Source: Lepidodermella squamata (Eukaryota; Animalia; Gastrotricha). Taken from it: a stretch of DNA of 64,000 nt. A model generated the notes under the pieces. That model ran no database searches. It was not told where the DNA came from and was given only the letters and a program-made list of their open reading frames with translations. Position 1 is the first letter of the stretch; every line of letters begins with the position of its first letter. The position numbers and the translations under genes were made by a program. Positions 26,501 to 41,500 of the stretch are shown one piece after another. The stretch lies in contig JBLDXI010000042.1 of the NCBI GenBank assembly GCA_047495785.1, positions 1,922,001 to 1,986,000 on the forward strand, in the 5' to 3' direction.

Positions 26501-29500
26501 CTGTCTGTGCGAGCGACCACAATGAACAGACACGACGCGTTCTGTCTGCAAAGCATTGTCGATTTCCATTCGAGCAATGAATTTTGTACAAATTTCAGTG
26601 CGAGGGACAAGAATGAACAGACACGACGCGATCTGTCTGCGTGCAATGCATTTGTTTAATGTTCTGTGCTTGCGACATCAATCGTCCAATCAGAGAACGC
26701 ATTTTTCCGGCTAAAAAATCTCAAACACAATGTCGTCAACGCGAGAAGTGAAATGACCATTATAACCCAAACCGTGTGGCATTAGTCCCCCGTGGACATA
26801 ACTCCCCCGGTGGAGTATTGATTCCTTGGAATTATTAGACAGCTGAGGACCTGCTTTACAGGATAGACCAGAAGCGGGAATTTTCTTGGTATTAATTTCG
26901 CATAAATTCATTGGTTGAAATTGGTTGTTGTTGGTGTTTGGAACTTTCTGTGCGAGCGACCACAATGAACAGACACGACGCGTTCTGTCTGCAAGGCATT
27001 GTCGATTTCCATTCGAGCAATGAATTTTGTACAAATTTCAGTGCGAGGAACAAGAATGAACAGACACGACGCGATCTGTCTGCGTGCAATGCATTTGTTT
27101 AATGTTCTGTGCTTGCGACATCAATCGTCCAATCAGAGAACGCATTTTTCCGGCTAAAAAATCTCAAACACAATGTCGTCAACGCGAGAAGTGAAATGAC
27201 CATTATAACCCAAACCGTGTGGCATTAGTCCCCCGTGGACATAACTCCCCCGGTGGAGTATTGATTCCTTGGAATTATTAGACAGCTGAGGACCTGCTTT
27301 ACAGGATAGACCAGAAGCGGGAATTTTCTTGGTATAAATTTCGCATAAATTCATTGGTTGAAATTGGTTGTTGTTGGTGTTTGGAACTTTCTGTGCGAGC
27401 GACCACAATGAACAGACACGACGCGTTCTGTCTGCAAGGCATTGTCGATTTCCATTCGAGCAATGAATTTTGTACAAATTTCAGTGCGAGGGACAAGAAT
27501 GAACAGACACGACGCGATCTGTCTGCGTGCAATGCATTTGTTTAATGTTCTGTGCTTGCGACATCAATCGTCCAATCAGAGAACGCATTTTTCCGGCTAA
27601 AAAATCTCAAACACTATGTCGTCAACGCGAGAAGTGAAATGACCATTATAACCCAAACCGTGTGACATTAGTCCCCCGTGGACATAACTCCCCCGGTGGA
27701 GTATTGATTCCTTGGAATTATTAGACAGCTGAGGACCTGCTTTACAGGATAGACCAGAAGCGGGAATTTTCTTGGTATTAATTTCGCATAAATTCATTGG
27801 TTGAAATTGGTTGTTGTTGGTGTTTGGAACTTTCTGTGCGAGCGACCACAATGAACAGACACGACGCGTTCTGTCTGCAAGGCATTGTCGATTTCCATTC
27901 GAGCAATGAATTTTGTACAAAATTCAGTGCGAGGGACAAGAATGAACAGACACGACGCGATCTGTCTGCGTGCAATGCATTTGTTTAATGTTCTGTGCTT
28001 GCGACATCAATCGTCCAATCAGAGAACGCATTTTTCCGGCTAAAAAATCTCAAACACAATGTCGTCAACGCGAGAAGTGAAATGACCATTATAACCCAAA
28101 CCGTGTGACATTAGTCCCCCGTGGACATAACTCCCCCGGTGGAGTATTGATTCCTTGGAATTATTAGACAGCTGAGGACCTGCTTTACAGGATAGAACAG
28201 GAGCGGGAATTTTCTTGGTATTAATTTCGCATAAATTCATTGGTTGAAATTGGTTGTTGTTGGTGTTTGGAACTTTCTGTGCGAGTGACCACAATGAACA
28301 GACACGACGCGTTCTGTCTGCAAGGCATTGTCGATTTCCATTCGAGCAATGAATTTTGTACAAATTTAAGTGCGAGGAACAAGAATGAACAGACACGACG
28401 CGATCTGTCTGCGTGCAATGCATTTGTTTAATGTTCTGTGCTTGCGACATCAATCGTCCAATCAGAGAACGCATTTTTCCGGCTAAAAAATCTCAAACAC
28501 TATGTCGTCAACGCGAGAAGTGAAATGACCATTATAACCCAAACCGTGTGACATTAGTCCCCCGTGGACATAACTCCCCCGGTGGAGTATTGATTCCTTG
28601 GAATTATTAGACAGCTGAGGACCTGCTTTACAGGATAGACCAGAAGCGGGAATTTTCTTGGTACTAATTTCGCATAAATTCATTGGTTGAAATTGGTTGT
28701 TGTTGGTGTGTGGAACTGTCTGTGCGAGCGACCACAATGAACAGACACGACGCGTTCTGTCTGCAAAGCATTGTCGATTTCCATTCGAGCAATGAATTTT
28801 GTACAAATTTCAGTGCGAGGAACAAGAATGAACAGACACGACGCGATCTGTCTGCGTGCAATGCATTTGTTTAATGTTCTGTGCTTGCGACATCAATCGT
28901 CCAATCAGAGAACGCATTTTTCCGGCTAAAAAATCTCAAACACAATGTCGTCAACGCGAGAAGTGAAATGACCATTATAACCCAAACCGTGTGGCATTAG
29001 TCCCCCGTGGACATAACTCCCCCGGTGGAGTATTGATTCCTTGGAATTATTAGACAGCTGAGGACCTGCTTTACAGGATAGACCAGAAGCGGGAATTTTC
29101 TTGGTATAAATTTCGCATAAATTCATTGGTTGAAATTGGTTGTTGTTGGTGTTTGGAACTTTCTGTGCGAGCGACCACAATGAACAGACACGACGCGTTC
29201 TGTCTGCAAGGCATTGTCGATTTCCATTCGAGCAATGAATTTTGTACAAATTTCAGTGCGAGGGACAAGAATGAACAGACACGACGCGATCTGTCTGCGT
29301 GCAATGCATTTGTTTAATGTTCTGTGCTTGCGACATCAATCGTCCAATCAGAGAACGCATTTTTCCGGCTAAAAAATCTCAAACACTATGTCGTCAACGC
29401 GAGAAGTGAAATGACCATTATAACCCAAACCGTGTGACATTAGTCCCCCGTGGACATAACTCCCCCGGTGGAGTATTGATTCCTTGGAATTATTAGACAG

Positions 29501-32500
29501 CTGAGGACCTGCTTTACAGGATAGACCAGAAGCGGGAATTTTCTTGGTACTAATTTCGCATAAATTCATTGGTTGAAATTGGTTGTTGTTGGTGTGTGGA
29601 ACTGTCTGTGCGAGCGACCACAATGAACAGACACGACGCGTTCTGTCTGCAAAGCATTGTCGATTTCCATTCGAGCAATGAATTTTGTACAAATTTCAGT
29701 GCGAGGAACAAGAATGAACAGACACGACGCGATCTGTCTGCGTGCAATGCATTTGTTTAATGTTCTGTGCTTGCGACATCAATCGTCCAATCAGAGAACG
29801 CATTTTTCCGGCTAAAAAATCTCAAACACAATGTCGTCAACGCGAGAAGTGAAATGACCATTATAACCCAAACCGTGTGACATTAGTCCCCCGTGGACAT
29901 AACTCCCCCGGTGGAGTATTGATTCCTTGGAATTATTAGACAGCTGAGGACCTGCTTTACAGGATAGACCAGAAGCGGGAATTTTCTTGGTATTAATTTC
30001 GCATAAATTCATTGGTTGAAATTGGTTGTTGTTGGTGTTTGGAACTTTCTGTGCGAGCGACCACAATGAACAGACACGACGCGTTCTGTCTGCAAAGCAT
30101 TGTCGATTTCCATTCGAGCAATGAATTTTGTACAAATTTCAGTGCGAGGGACAAGAATGAACAGACACGACGCGATCTGTCTGCGTGCAATGCATTTGTT
30201 TAATGTTCTGTGCTTGCGACATCAATCGTCCAATCAGAGAACGCATTTTTCCGGCTAAAAAATCTCAAACACAATGTCGTCAACGCGAGAAGTGAAATGA
30301 CCATTATAACCCAAACCGTGTGACATTAGTCCCCCGTGGACATAACTCCCCCGGTGGAGTATTGATTCCTTGGAATTATTAGACAGCTGAGGACCTGCTT
30401 TACAGGATAGACCAGAAGCGGGAATTTTCTTGGTATTAATTTCGCATAAATTCATTGGTTGAAATTGGTTGTTGTTGGTGTTTGGAACTTTCTGTGCGAG
30501 CGACCACAATGAACAGACACGACGCGTTCTGTCTGCAAGGCATTGTCGATTTCCATTCGAGCAATGAATTTTGTACAAAATTCAGTGCGAGGGACAAGAA
30601 TGAACAGACACGACGCGATCTGTCTGCGTGCAATGCATTTGTTTAATGTTCTGTGCTTGCGACATCAATCGTCCAATCAGAGAACGCATTTTTCCGGCTA
30701 AAAAATCTCAAACACAATGTCGTCAACGCGAGAAGTGAAATGACCATTATAACCCAAACCGTGTGACATTAGTCCCCCGTGGACATAACTCCCCCGGTGG
30801 AGTATTGATTCCTTGGAATTATTAGACAGCTGAGGACCTGCTTTACAGGATAGAACAGGAGCGGGAATTTTCTTGGTATTAATTTCGCATAAATTCATTG
30901 GTTGAAATTGGTTGTTGTTGGTGTTTGGAACTTTCTGTGCGAGTGACCACAATGAACAGACACGACGCGTTCTGTCTGCAAGGCATTGTCGATTTCCATT
31001 CGAGCAATGAATTTTGTACAAATTTAAGTGCGAGGAACAAGAATGAACAGACACGACGCGATCTGTCTGCGTGCAATGCATTTGTTTAATGTTCTGTGCT
31101 TGCGACATCAATCGTCCAATCAGAGAACGCATTTTTCCGGCTAAAAAATCTCAAACACTATGTCGTCAACGCGAGAAGTGAAATGACCATTATAACCCAA
31201 ACCGTGTGACATTAGTCCCCCGTGGACATAACTCCCCCGGTGGAGTATTGATTCCTTGGAATTATTAGACAGCTGAGGACCTGCTTTACAGGATAGACCA
31301 GAAGCGGGAATTTTCTTGGTACTAATTTCGCATAAATTCATTGGTTGAAATTGGTTGTTGTTGGTGTGTGGAACTGTCTGTGCGAGCGACCACAATGAAC
31401 AGACACGACGCGTTCTGTCTGCAAAGCATTGTCGATTTCCATTCGAGCAATGAATTTTGTACAAATTTCAGTGCGAGGGACAAGAATGAACAGACACGAC
31501 GCGATCTGTCTGCGTGCAATGCATTTGTTTAATGTTCTGTGCTTGCGACATCAATCGTCCAATCAGAGAACGCATTTTTCCGGCTAAAAAATCTCAAACA
31601 CAATGTCGTCAACGCGAGAAGTGAAATGACCATTATAACCCAAACCGTGTGGCATTAGTCCCCCGTGGACATAACTCCCCCGGTGGAGTATTGATTCCTT
31701 GGAATTATTAGACAGCTGAGGACCTGCTTTACAGGATAGACCAGAAGCGGGAATTTTCTTGGTATTAATTTCGCATAAATTCATTGGTTGAAATTGGTTG
31801 TTGTTGGTGTTTGGAACTTTCTGTGCGAGCGACCACAATGAACAGACACGACGCGTTCTGTCTGCAAGGCATTGTCGATTTCCATTCGAGCAATGAATTT
31901 TGTACAAATTTCAGTGCGAGGAACAAGAATGAACAGACACGACGCGATCTGTCTGCGTGCAATGCATTTGTTTAATGTTCTGTGCTTGCGACATCAATCG
32001 TCCAATCAGAGAACGCATTTTTCCGGCTAAAAAATCTCAAACACAATGTCGTCAACGCGAGAAGTGAAATGACCATTATAACCCAAACCGTGTGGCATTA
32101 GTCCCCCGTGGACATAACTCCCCCGGTGGAGTATTGATTCCTTGGAATTATTAGACAGCTGAGGACCTGCTTTACAGGATAGACCAGAAGCGGGAATTTT
32201 CTTGGTATTAATTTCGCATAAATTCATTGGTTGAAATTGGTTGTTGTTGGTGTTTGGAACTTTCTGTGCGAGCGACCACAATGAACAGACACGACGCGTG
32301 CTGTCTGCAAGGCATTGTCGATTTCCATTCGAGCAATGAATTTTGTACAAATTTCAGTGCGAGGGACAAGAATGAAAAGACACGACGCGATCTGTCTGCG
32401 TGCAATGCATTTGTTTAATGTTCTGTGCTTGTGACATCAATCGTCCAATCAGAGAACGCATTTTTCCCGCTAAAAAATCTCAAACACAATGTCGTCAACG

Positions 32501-35500
32501 CGAGAAGTGAAATGACCATTATAACCCAAACCGTGTGGCATTAGTCCCCCGTGGACATAACTCCCCCGGTGGAGTATTGATTCCTTGGAATTATTAGACA
32601 GCTGAGGACCTGCTTTACAGGATAGACCAGAAGCGGGAATTTTCTTGGTATTAATTTCGCATAAATTCATTGGTTGAAATTGGTTGTTGTTGGTGTTTGG
32701 AACTTTCTGTGCGAGCGACCACAATGAACAGACACGACGCGTTCTGTCTGCAAGGCATTGTCGATTTCCATTCGAGCAATGAATTTTGTACAAATTTCAG
32801 TGCGAGGAACAAGAATGAACAGACACGACGCGATCTGTCTGCGTGCAATGCATTTGTTTAATGTTCTGTGCTTGCGACATCAATCGTCCAATCAGAGAAC
32901 GCATTTTTCCGGCTAAAAAATCTCAAACACAATGTCGTCAACGCGAGAAGTGAAATGACCATTATAACCCAAACCGTGTGGCATTAGTCCCCCGTGGACA
33001 TAACTCCCCCGGTGGAGTATTGATTCCTTGGAATTATTAGACAGCTGAGGACCTGCTTTACAGGATAGACCAGAAGCGGGAATTTTCTTGGTATTAATTT
33101 CGCATAAATTCATTGGTTGAAATTGGTTGTTGTTGGTGTTTGGAACTTTCTGTGCGAGCGACCACAATGAACAGACACGACGCGTGCTGTCTGCAAGGCA
33201 TTGTCGATTTCCATTCGAGCAATGAATTTTGTACAAATTTCAGTGCGAGGGACAAGAATGAACAGACACGACGCGATCTGTCTGCGTGCAATGCATTTGT
33301 TTAATGTTCTGTGCTTGTGACATCAATCGTCCAATCAGAGAACGCATTTTTCCCGCTAAAAAATCTCAAACACAATGTCGTCAACGCGAGAAGTGAAATG
33401 ACCATTATAACCCAAACCGTGTGACATTAGTCCCCCGTGGACATAACTCCCCCGGTGGAGTATTGATTCCTTGGAATTATCAGACAGCTGAGGACCTGCT
33501 TTACAGGATAGACCAGAAGCGGGAATTTTCTTGGTATTAATTTCGCATAAATTCATTGGTTGAAATTGGTTGTTGTTGGTGTTTGGAACTTTCAGTGCGA
33601 GCGACCACAATGAACAGACACGACGCGATCTGTCTGCGTGCAATGCATTTGTTTAATGTTCTGTGCTTGTGACATCAATCGTCCAATCAGAGAACGCATT
33701 TTTCCCGCTAAAAAATCTTAAACACAATGTCGTCAACGCGAGAAGTGAAATGACCATTATAACCCAAACCGTGTGGCATTAGTCCCCCGTGGACATAACT
33801 CCCCCGGTGGAGTATTGATTCCTTGGAATTATTAGACAGCTGAGGACCTGCTTTACAGGATAGACCAGAAGCGGGAATTTTCTTGGTATTAATTTCGCAT
33901 AAATTCATTGGTTGAAATTGGTTGTTGTTGGTGTTTGGAACTTTCTGTGCGAGCGACCACAATGAACAGACACGACGCGTTCTGTCTGCAAGGCATTGTC
34001 GATTTCCATTCGAGCAATGAATTTTGTACAAATTTCAGTGCGAGGGACAAGAATGAACAGACACGACGCGATCTGTCTGCGTGCAATGCATTTGTTTAAT
34101 GTTCTGTGCTTGCGACATCAATCGTCCAATCAAAGAACGCATTTTACCGGCTAAAAAATCTCAAACACAATGTCGTCAACGCGAGAAGTGAAATGACCAT
34201 TATAACCCAAACCGTGTGACATTAGTCCCCCGTGGACATAACTCCCCCGGTGGAGTATTGATTCCTTGGAATTATTAGACAGCTGAGGACCTGCTTTACA
34301 GGATAGACCAGAAGCGGGAATTTTCTTGGTATTAATTTCGCATAAATTCATTGGTTGAAATTGGTTGTTGTTGGTGTGTGGAACTGTCTGTGCGAGCGAC
34401 CACAATGAACAGACACGACGCGTTCTGTCTGCAAGGCATTGTCGATTTCCATTCGAGCAATGAATTTTGTACAAATTTCAGTGCGAGGGACAAGAATGAA
34501 CAGACACGACGCGATCTGTCTGCGTGCAATGCATTTGTTTAATGTTCTGTGCTTGCGACATCAATCGTCCAATCAGAGAACGCATTTTTCCGGCTAAAAA
34601 ATCTCAAACACAATGTCGTCAACGCGAGAAGTGAAATGACCATTATAACCCAAACCGTGTGACATTAGTCCCCCGTGGACATAACTCCCCCGGTGGAGTA
34701 TTGATTCCTTGGAATTATTAGACAGCTGAGGACCTGCTTTACAGGATAGACCAGAAGCGGGAATTTTCTTGGTATTAATTTCGCATAAATTCATTGGTTG
34801 AAATTGGTTGTTGTTGGTGTTTGGAACTTTCTGTGCGAGCGACCACAATGAACAGACACGACGCGTTCTGTCTGCAAGGCATTGTCGATTTCCATTCGAG
34901 CAATGAATTTTGTACAAATTTCAGTGCGAGGGACAAGAATGAACAGACACGACGCGATCTGTCTGCGTGCAATGCATTTGTTTAATGTTCTGTGCTTGCG
35001 ACATCAATCGTCCAATCAAAGAACGCATTTTTCCGGCTAAAAAATCTCAAACACAATGTCGTCAACGCGAGAAGTGAAATGACCATTATAACCCAAACCG
35101 TGTGACATTAGTCCCCCGTGGACATAACTCCCCCGGTGGAGTATTGATTCCTTGGAATTATTAGACAGCTGAGGACCTGCTTTACAGGATAGACCAGAAG
35201 CGGGAATTTTCTTGGTATTAATTTCGCATAAATTCATTGGTTGAAATTGGTTGTTGTTGGTGTGTGGAACTGTCTGTGCGAGCGACCACAATGAACAGAC
35301 ACGACGCGTTCTGTCTGCAAGGCATTGTCGATTTCCATTCGAGCAATGAATTTTGTACAAATTTCAGTGCGAGGGACAAGAATGAACAGACACGACGCGA
35401 TCTGTCTGCGTGCAATGCATTTGTTTAATGTTCTGTGCTTGCGACATCAATCGTCCAATCAGAGAACGCATTTTTCCGGCTAAAAAATCTCAAACACAAT

Positions 35501-38500
35501 GTCGTCAACGCGAGAAGTGAAATGACCGTTATAACCCAAACCGTGTGACATTAGTCCCCCGTGGACATAACTCCCCCGGTGGAGTATTGATTCCTTGGAA
35601 TTATTAGACAGCTGAGGACCTGCTTTACAGGATAGACCAGAAGCGGGAATTTTCTTGGTATTAATTTCGCATAAATTCATTGGTTGAAATTGGTTGTTGT
35701 TGGTGTTTGGAACTTTCTGTGCGAGCGACCACAATGAACAGACACGACGCGTGCTGTCTGCAAGGCATTGTCCATTTCCATTCGAGCAATGAATTTTGTA
35801 CAAATTTCAGTGCGAGGGACAAGGATGAACAGACACGACGCGATCTGTCTGCGTGCAATGCATTTGTTTAATGTTCTGTGCTTGCGACATCAATCGTCCA
35901 ATCAGAGAACGCATTTTTCCCGCTAAAAAATCTTAAACACAATGTCGTCAACGCGAGAAGTGAAATGACCATTATAACCCAAACCGTGTGACATTAGTCC
36001 CCCGTGGACATAACTCCCCCGGTGGAGTATTGATTCCTTGGAATTATTAGACAGCTGAGGACCTGCTTTACAGGATAGACCAGAAGCGGGAATTTTCTTG
36101 GTATTAATTTCGCATAAATTCATTGGTTGAAATTGGTTGTTGTTGGTGTGTGGAACTGTCTGTGCGAGCGACCACAATGAACAGACACGACGCGTTCTGT
36201 CTGCAAGGCATTGTCGATTTCCATTCGAGCAATGAATTTTGTACAAATTTCAGTGCGAGGGACAAGAATGAACAGACACGACGCGATCTGTCTGCGTGCA
36301 ATGCATTTGTTTAATGTTCTGTGCTTGTGACATCAATCGTCCAATCAAAGAACGCATTTTTCCGGCTAAAAAATCTCAAACACAATGTCGTCAACGCGAG
36401 AAGTGAAATGACCATTATAACCCAAACCGTGTGACATTAGTCCCCCGTGGACATAACTCCCCCGGTGGAGTATTGATTCCTTGGAATTATTAGACAGCTG
36501 AGGACCTGCTTTACAGGATAGACCAGAAGCGGGAATTTTCTTGGTATTAATTTCGCATAAATTCATTGGTTGAAATTGGTTGTTGTTGGTGTTTGGAACT
36601 TTCTGTGCGAGCGACCACAATGAACAGACACGACGCGTTCTGTCTGCAAGGCATTGTCGATTTCCATTCGAGCAATGAATTTTGTACAAATTTCAGTGCG
36701 AGGAACAAGAATGAACAGACACGACGCGATCTGTCTGCGTGCAATGCATTTGTTTAATGTTCTGTGCTTGTGACATCAATCGTCCAATCAGAGAACGCAT
36801 TTTTCCGGCTAAAAAATCTCAAACACAATGTCGTCAACGCGAGAAGTGAAATGACCATTATAACCCAAACCGTGTGACATTAGTCCCCCGTGGACATAAC
36901 TCCCCCGGTGGAGTATTGATTCCTTGGAATTATTAGACAGCTGAGGACCTGCTTTACAGGATAGACCAGAAGCGGGAATTTTCTTGGTATTAATTTCGCA
37001 TAAATTCATTGGTTGAAATTGGTTGTTGTTGGTGTTTGGAACTTTCAGTGCGAGCGACCACAATGAACAGACACGACGCGATCTGTCTGCGTGCAATGCA
37101 TTTGTTTAATGTTCTGTGCTTGTGACATCAATCGTCCAATCAGAGAACGCATTTTTCCCGCTAAAAAATCTTAAACACAATGTCGTCAACGCGAGAAGTG
37201 AAATGACCATTATAACCCAAACCGTGTGACATTAGTCCCCCGTGGACATAACTCCCCCGGTGGAGTATTGATTCCTTGGAATTATTAGACAGCTGAGGAC
37301 CTGCTTTACAGGATAGACCAGAAGCGGGAATTTTCTTGGTATTAATTTCGCATAAATTCATTGGTTGAAATTGGTTGTTGTTGGTGTTTGGAACTTTCTG
37401 TGCGAGCGACCACAATGAACAGACACGACGCGTTCTGTCTGCAAGGCATTGTCCATTTCCATTCGAGCAATGAATTTTGTACAAATTTCAGTGCGAGGGA
37501 CAAGAATGAACAGACACGACGCGATCTGTCTGCGTGCAATGCATTTGTTTAATGTTCTGTGCTTGTGACATCAATCGTCCAATCAGAGAACGCATTTTTC
37601 CCGCTAAAAAATCTTAAACACAATGTCGTCAACGCGAGAAGTGAAATGACCATTATAACCCAAACCGTGTGACATTAGTCCCCCGTGGACATAACTCCCC
37701 CGGTGGAGTATTGATTCCTTGGAATTATTAGACAGCTGAGGACCTGCTTTACAGGATAGACCAGAAGCGGGAATTTTCTTGGTATTAATTTCGCATAAAT
37801 TCATTGGTTGAAATTGGTTGTTGTTGGTGTGTGGAACTGTCTGTGCGAGCGACCACAATGAACAGACACGACGCGATCTGTCTGCGTGCAATGCATTTGT
37901 TTAATGTTCTGTGCTTGTGACATCAATCGTCCAATCAGAGAACGCATTTTTCCCGCTAAAAAATCTTAAACACAATGTCGTCAACGCGAGAAGTGAAATG
38001 ACCATTATAACCCAAACCGTGTGACATTAGTCCCCCGTGGACATAACTCCCCCGGTGGAGTATTGATTCCTTGGAATTATTAGACAGCTGAGGACCTGCT
38101 TTACAGGATAGACCAGAAGCGGGAATTTTCTTGGTATTAATTTCGCATAAATTCATTGGTTGAAATTGGTTGTTGTTGGTGTTTGGAACTTTCTGTGCGA
38201 GCGACCACAATGAACAGACACGACGCGTTCTGTCTGCAAGGCATTGTCCATTTCCATTCGAGCAATGAATTTTGTACAAATTTCAGTGCGAGGGACAAGA
38301 ATGAACAGACACGACGCGATCTGTCTGCGTGCAATGCATTTGTTTAATGTTCTGTGCTTGTGACATCAATCGTCCAATCAGAGAACGCATTTTTCCCGCT
38401 AAAAAATCTTAAACACAATGTCGTCAACGCGAGAAGTGAAATGACCATTATAACCCAAACCGTGTGACATTAGTCCCCCGTGGACATAACTCCCCCGGTG

Positions 38501-41500
38501 GAGTATTGATTCCTTGGAATTATTAGACAGCTGAGGACCTGCTTTACAGGATAGACCAGAAGCGGGAATTTTCTTGGTATTAATTTCGCATAAATTCATT
38601 GGTTGAAATTGGTTGTTGTTGGTGTTTGGAACTTTCAGTGCGAGCGACCACAATGAACAGACACGACGCGATCTGTCTGCGTGCAATGCATTTGTTTAAT
38701 GTTCTGTGCTTGTGACATCAATCGTCCAATCAGAGAACGCATTTTTCCCGCTAAAAAATCTTAAACACAATGTCGTCAACGCGAGAAGTGAAATGACCAT
38801 TATAACCCAAACCGTGTGACATTAGTCCCCCGTGGACATAACTCCCCCGGTGGAGTATTGATTCCTTGGAATTATTAGACAGCTGAGGACCTGCTTTACA
38901 GGATAGACCAGAAGCGGGAATTTTCTTGGTATTAATTTCGCATAAATTCATTGGTTGAAATTGGTTGTTGTTGGTGTTTGGAACTTTCAGTGCGAGCGAC
39001 CACAATGAACAGACACGACGCGTGCTGTCTGCAAGGCATTGTCGATTTCCATTCGAGCAATGAATTTTGTACAAATTTCAGTGCGAGGGACAAGAATGAA
39101 CAGACACGACGCGATCTGTCTGCGTGCAATGCATTTGTTTAATGTTCTGTGCTTGTGACATCAATCGTCCAATCAGAGAACGCATTTTTCCCGCTAAAAA
39201 ATCTTAAACACAATGTCGTCCACGCGAGAAGTGAAATGACCATTATAACCCAAACCGTGTGACATTAGTCCCCCGTGGACATAACTCCCCCGGTGGAACG
39301 CATTTTTCCCGCTAAAAAATCTTAAACACAATGTCGTCAACGCGAGAAGTGAAATGACCATTATAACCCAAACCGTGTGACATTAGTCCCCCGTGGACAT
39401 AACTCCCCCGGTGGAGTATTGATTCCTTGGAATTATTAGACAGCTGAGGACCTGCTTTACAGGATAGACCAGAAGCGGGAATTTTCTTGGTATTAATTTC
39501 GCATAAATTCATTGGTTGAAATTGGTTGTTGTTGGTGTGTGGAACTTTCTGTGCGAGCGACCACAATGAACAGACACGACGCGTGCTGTCTGCAAGGCAT
39601 TGTCGATTTCCATTCGAGCAATGAATTTTGTACAAATTTCAGTGCGAGGGACAAGAATGAACAGACACGACGCGATCTGTCTGCGTGCAATGCATTTGTT
39701 TAATGTTCTGTGCTTGTGACATCAATCGTCCAATCAGAGAACGCATTTTTCCCGCTAAAAAATCTTAAACACAATGTCGTCCACGCGAGAAGTGAAATGA
39801 CCATTATAACCCAAACCGTGTGACATTAGTCCCCCGTGGACATAACTCCCCCGGTGGAGTATTGATTCCTTGGAATTATTAGACAGCTGAGGACCTGCTT
39901 TACAGGATAGACCAGAAGCGGGAATTTTCTTGGTATTAATTTCGCATAAATTCATTGGTTGAAATTGGTTGTTGTTGGTGTTTGGAACTTTCTGTGCGAG
40001 CGACCACAATGAACAGACACGACGCGTGCTGTCTGCAAGGCATTGTCGATTTCCATTCGAGCAATGAATTTTGTACAAATTTCAGTGCGAGGGACAAGAA
40101 TGAACAGACACGACGCGATCTGTCTGCGTGCAATGCATTTGTTTAATGTTCTGTGCTTGTGACATCAATCGTCCAATCAGAGAACGCATTTTTCCCGCTA
40201 AAAAATCTTAAACACAATGTCGTCAACGCGAGAAGTGAAATGACCATTATAACCCAAACCGTGTGACATTAGTCCCCCGTGGACATAACTCCCCCGGTGG
40301 AGTATGGATTCCTTGGAATTATTAGACAGCTGAGGACCTGCTATACAGGATAGACCAGAAGCGGGAATTTTCTTGGTATTAATTTCGCATAAATTCATTG
40401 GTTGAAATTGGTTGTTGTTGGTGTTTGGAACTTTCTGTGCGAGCGACCACAATGAACAGACACGACGCGTTCTGTCTGCAAGGCATTGTCGATTTCCATT
40501 CGAGCAATGAATTTTGTACAAATTTCAGTGCGAGGGACAAGAATGAACAGACACGACGCGATCTGTCTGCGTGCAATGCATTTGTTTAATGTTCTGTGCT
40601 TGTGACATCAATCGTCCAATCAGAGAACGCATTTTTCCCGCTAAAAAATCTTAAACACAATGTCGTCAACGCGAGAAGTGAAATGACCATTATAACCCAA
40701 ACCGTGTGACATTAGTCCCCCGTGGACATAACTCCCCCGGTGGAGTATTGATTCCTTGGAATTATTAGACAGCTGAGGACCTGCTTTACAGGATAGACCA
40801 GAAGCGGGAATTTTCTTGGTATTAATTTCGCATAAATTCATTGGTTGAAATTGGTTGTTGTTGGTGTTTGGAACTTTCAGTGCGAGCGACCACAATGAAC
40901 AGACACGACGCGATCTGTCTGCGTGCAATGCATTTGTTTAATGTTCTGTGCTTGTGACATCAATCGTCCAATCAGAGAACGCATTTTTCCCGCTAAAAAA
41001 TCTTAAACACAATGTCGTCAACGCGAGAAGTGAAATGACCATTATAACCCAAACCGTGTGACATTAGTCCCCCGTGGACATAACTCCCCCGGTGGAGTAT
41101 TGATTCCTTGGAATTATTAGACAGCTGAGGACCTGCTTTACAGGATAGACCAGAAGCGGGAATTTTCTTGGTATTAATTTCGCATAAATTCATTGGTTGA
41201 AATTGGTTGTTGTTGGTGTTTGGAACTTTCTGTGCGAGCGACCACAATGAACAGACACGACGCGTTCTGTCTGCAAGGCATTGTCGATTTCCATTCGAGC
41301 AATGAATTTTGTACAAATTTCAGTGCGAGCGACCACAATGAACAGACACGACGCGATCTGTCTGCGTGCAATGCATTTGTTTAATGTTCTGTGCTTGTGA
41401 CATCAATCGTCCAATCAGAGAACGCATTTTTCCCGCTAAAAAATCTTAAACACAATGTCGTCCACGCGAGAAGTGAAATGACCATTATAACCCAAACCGT

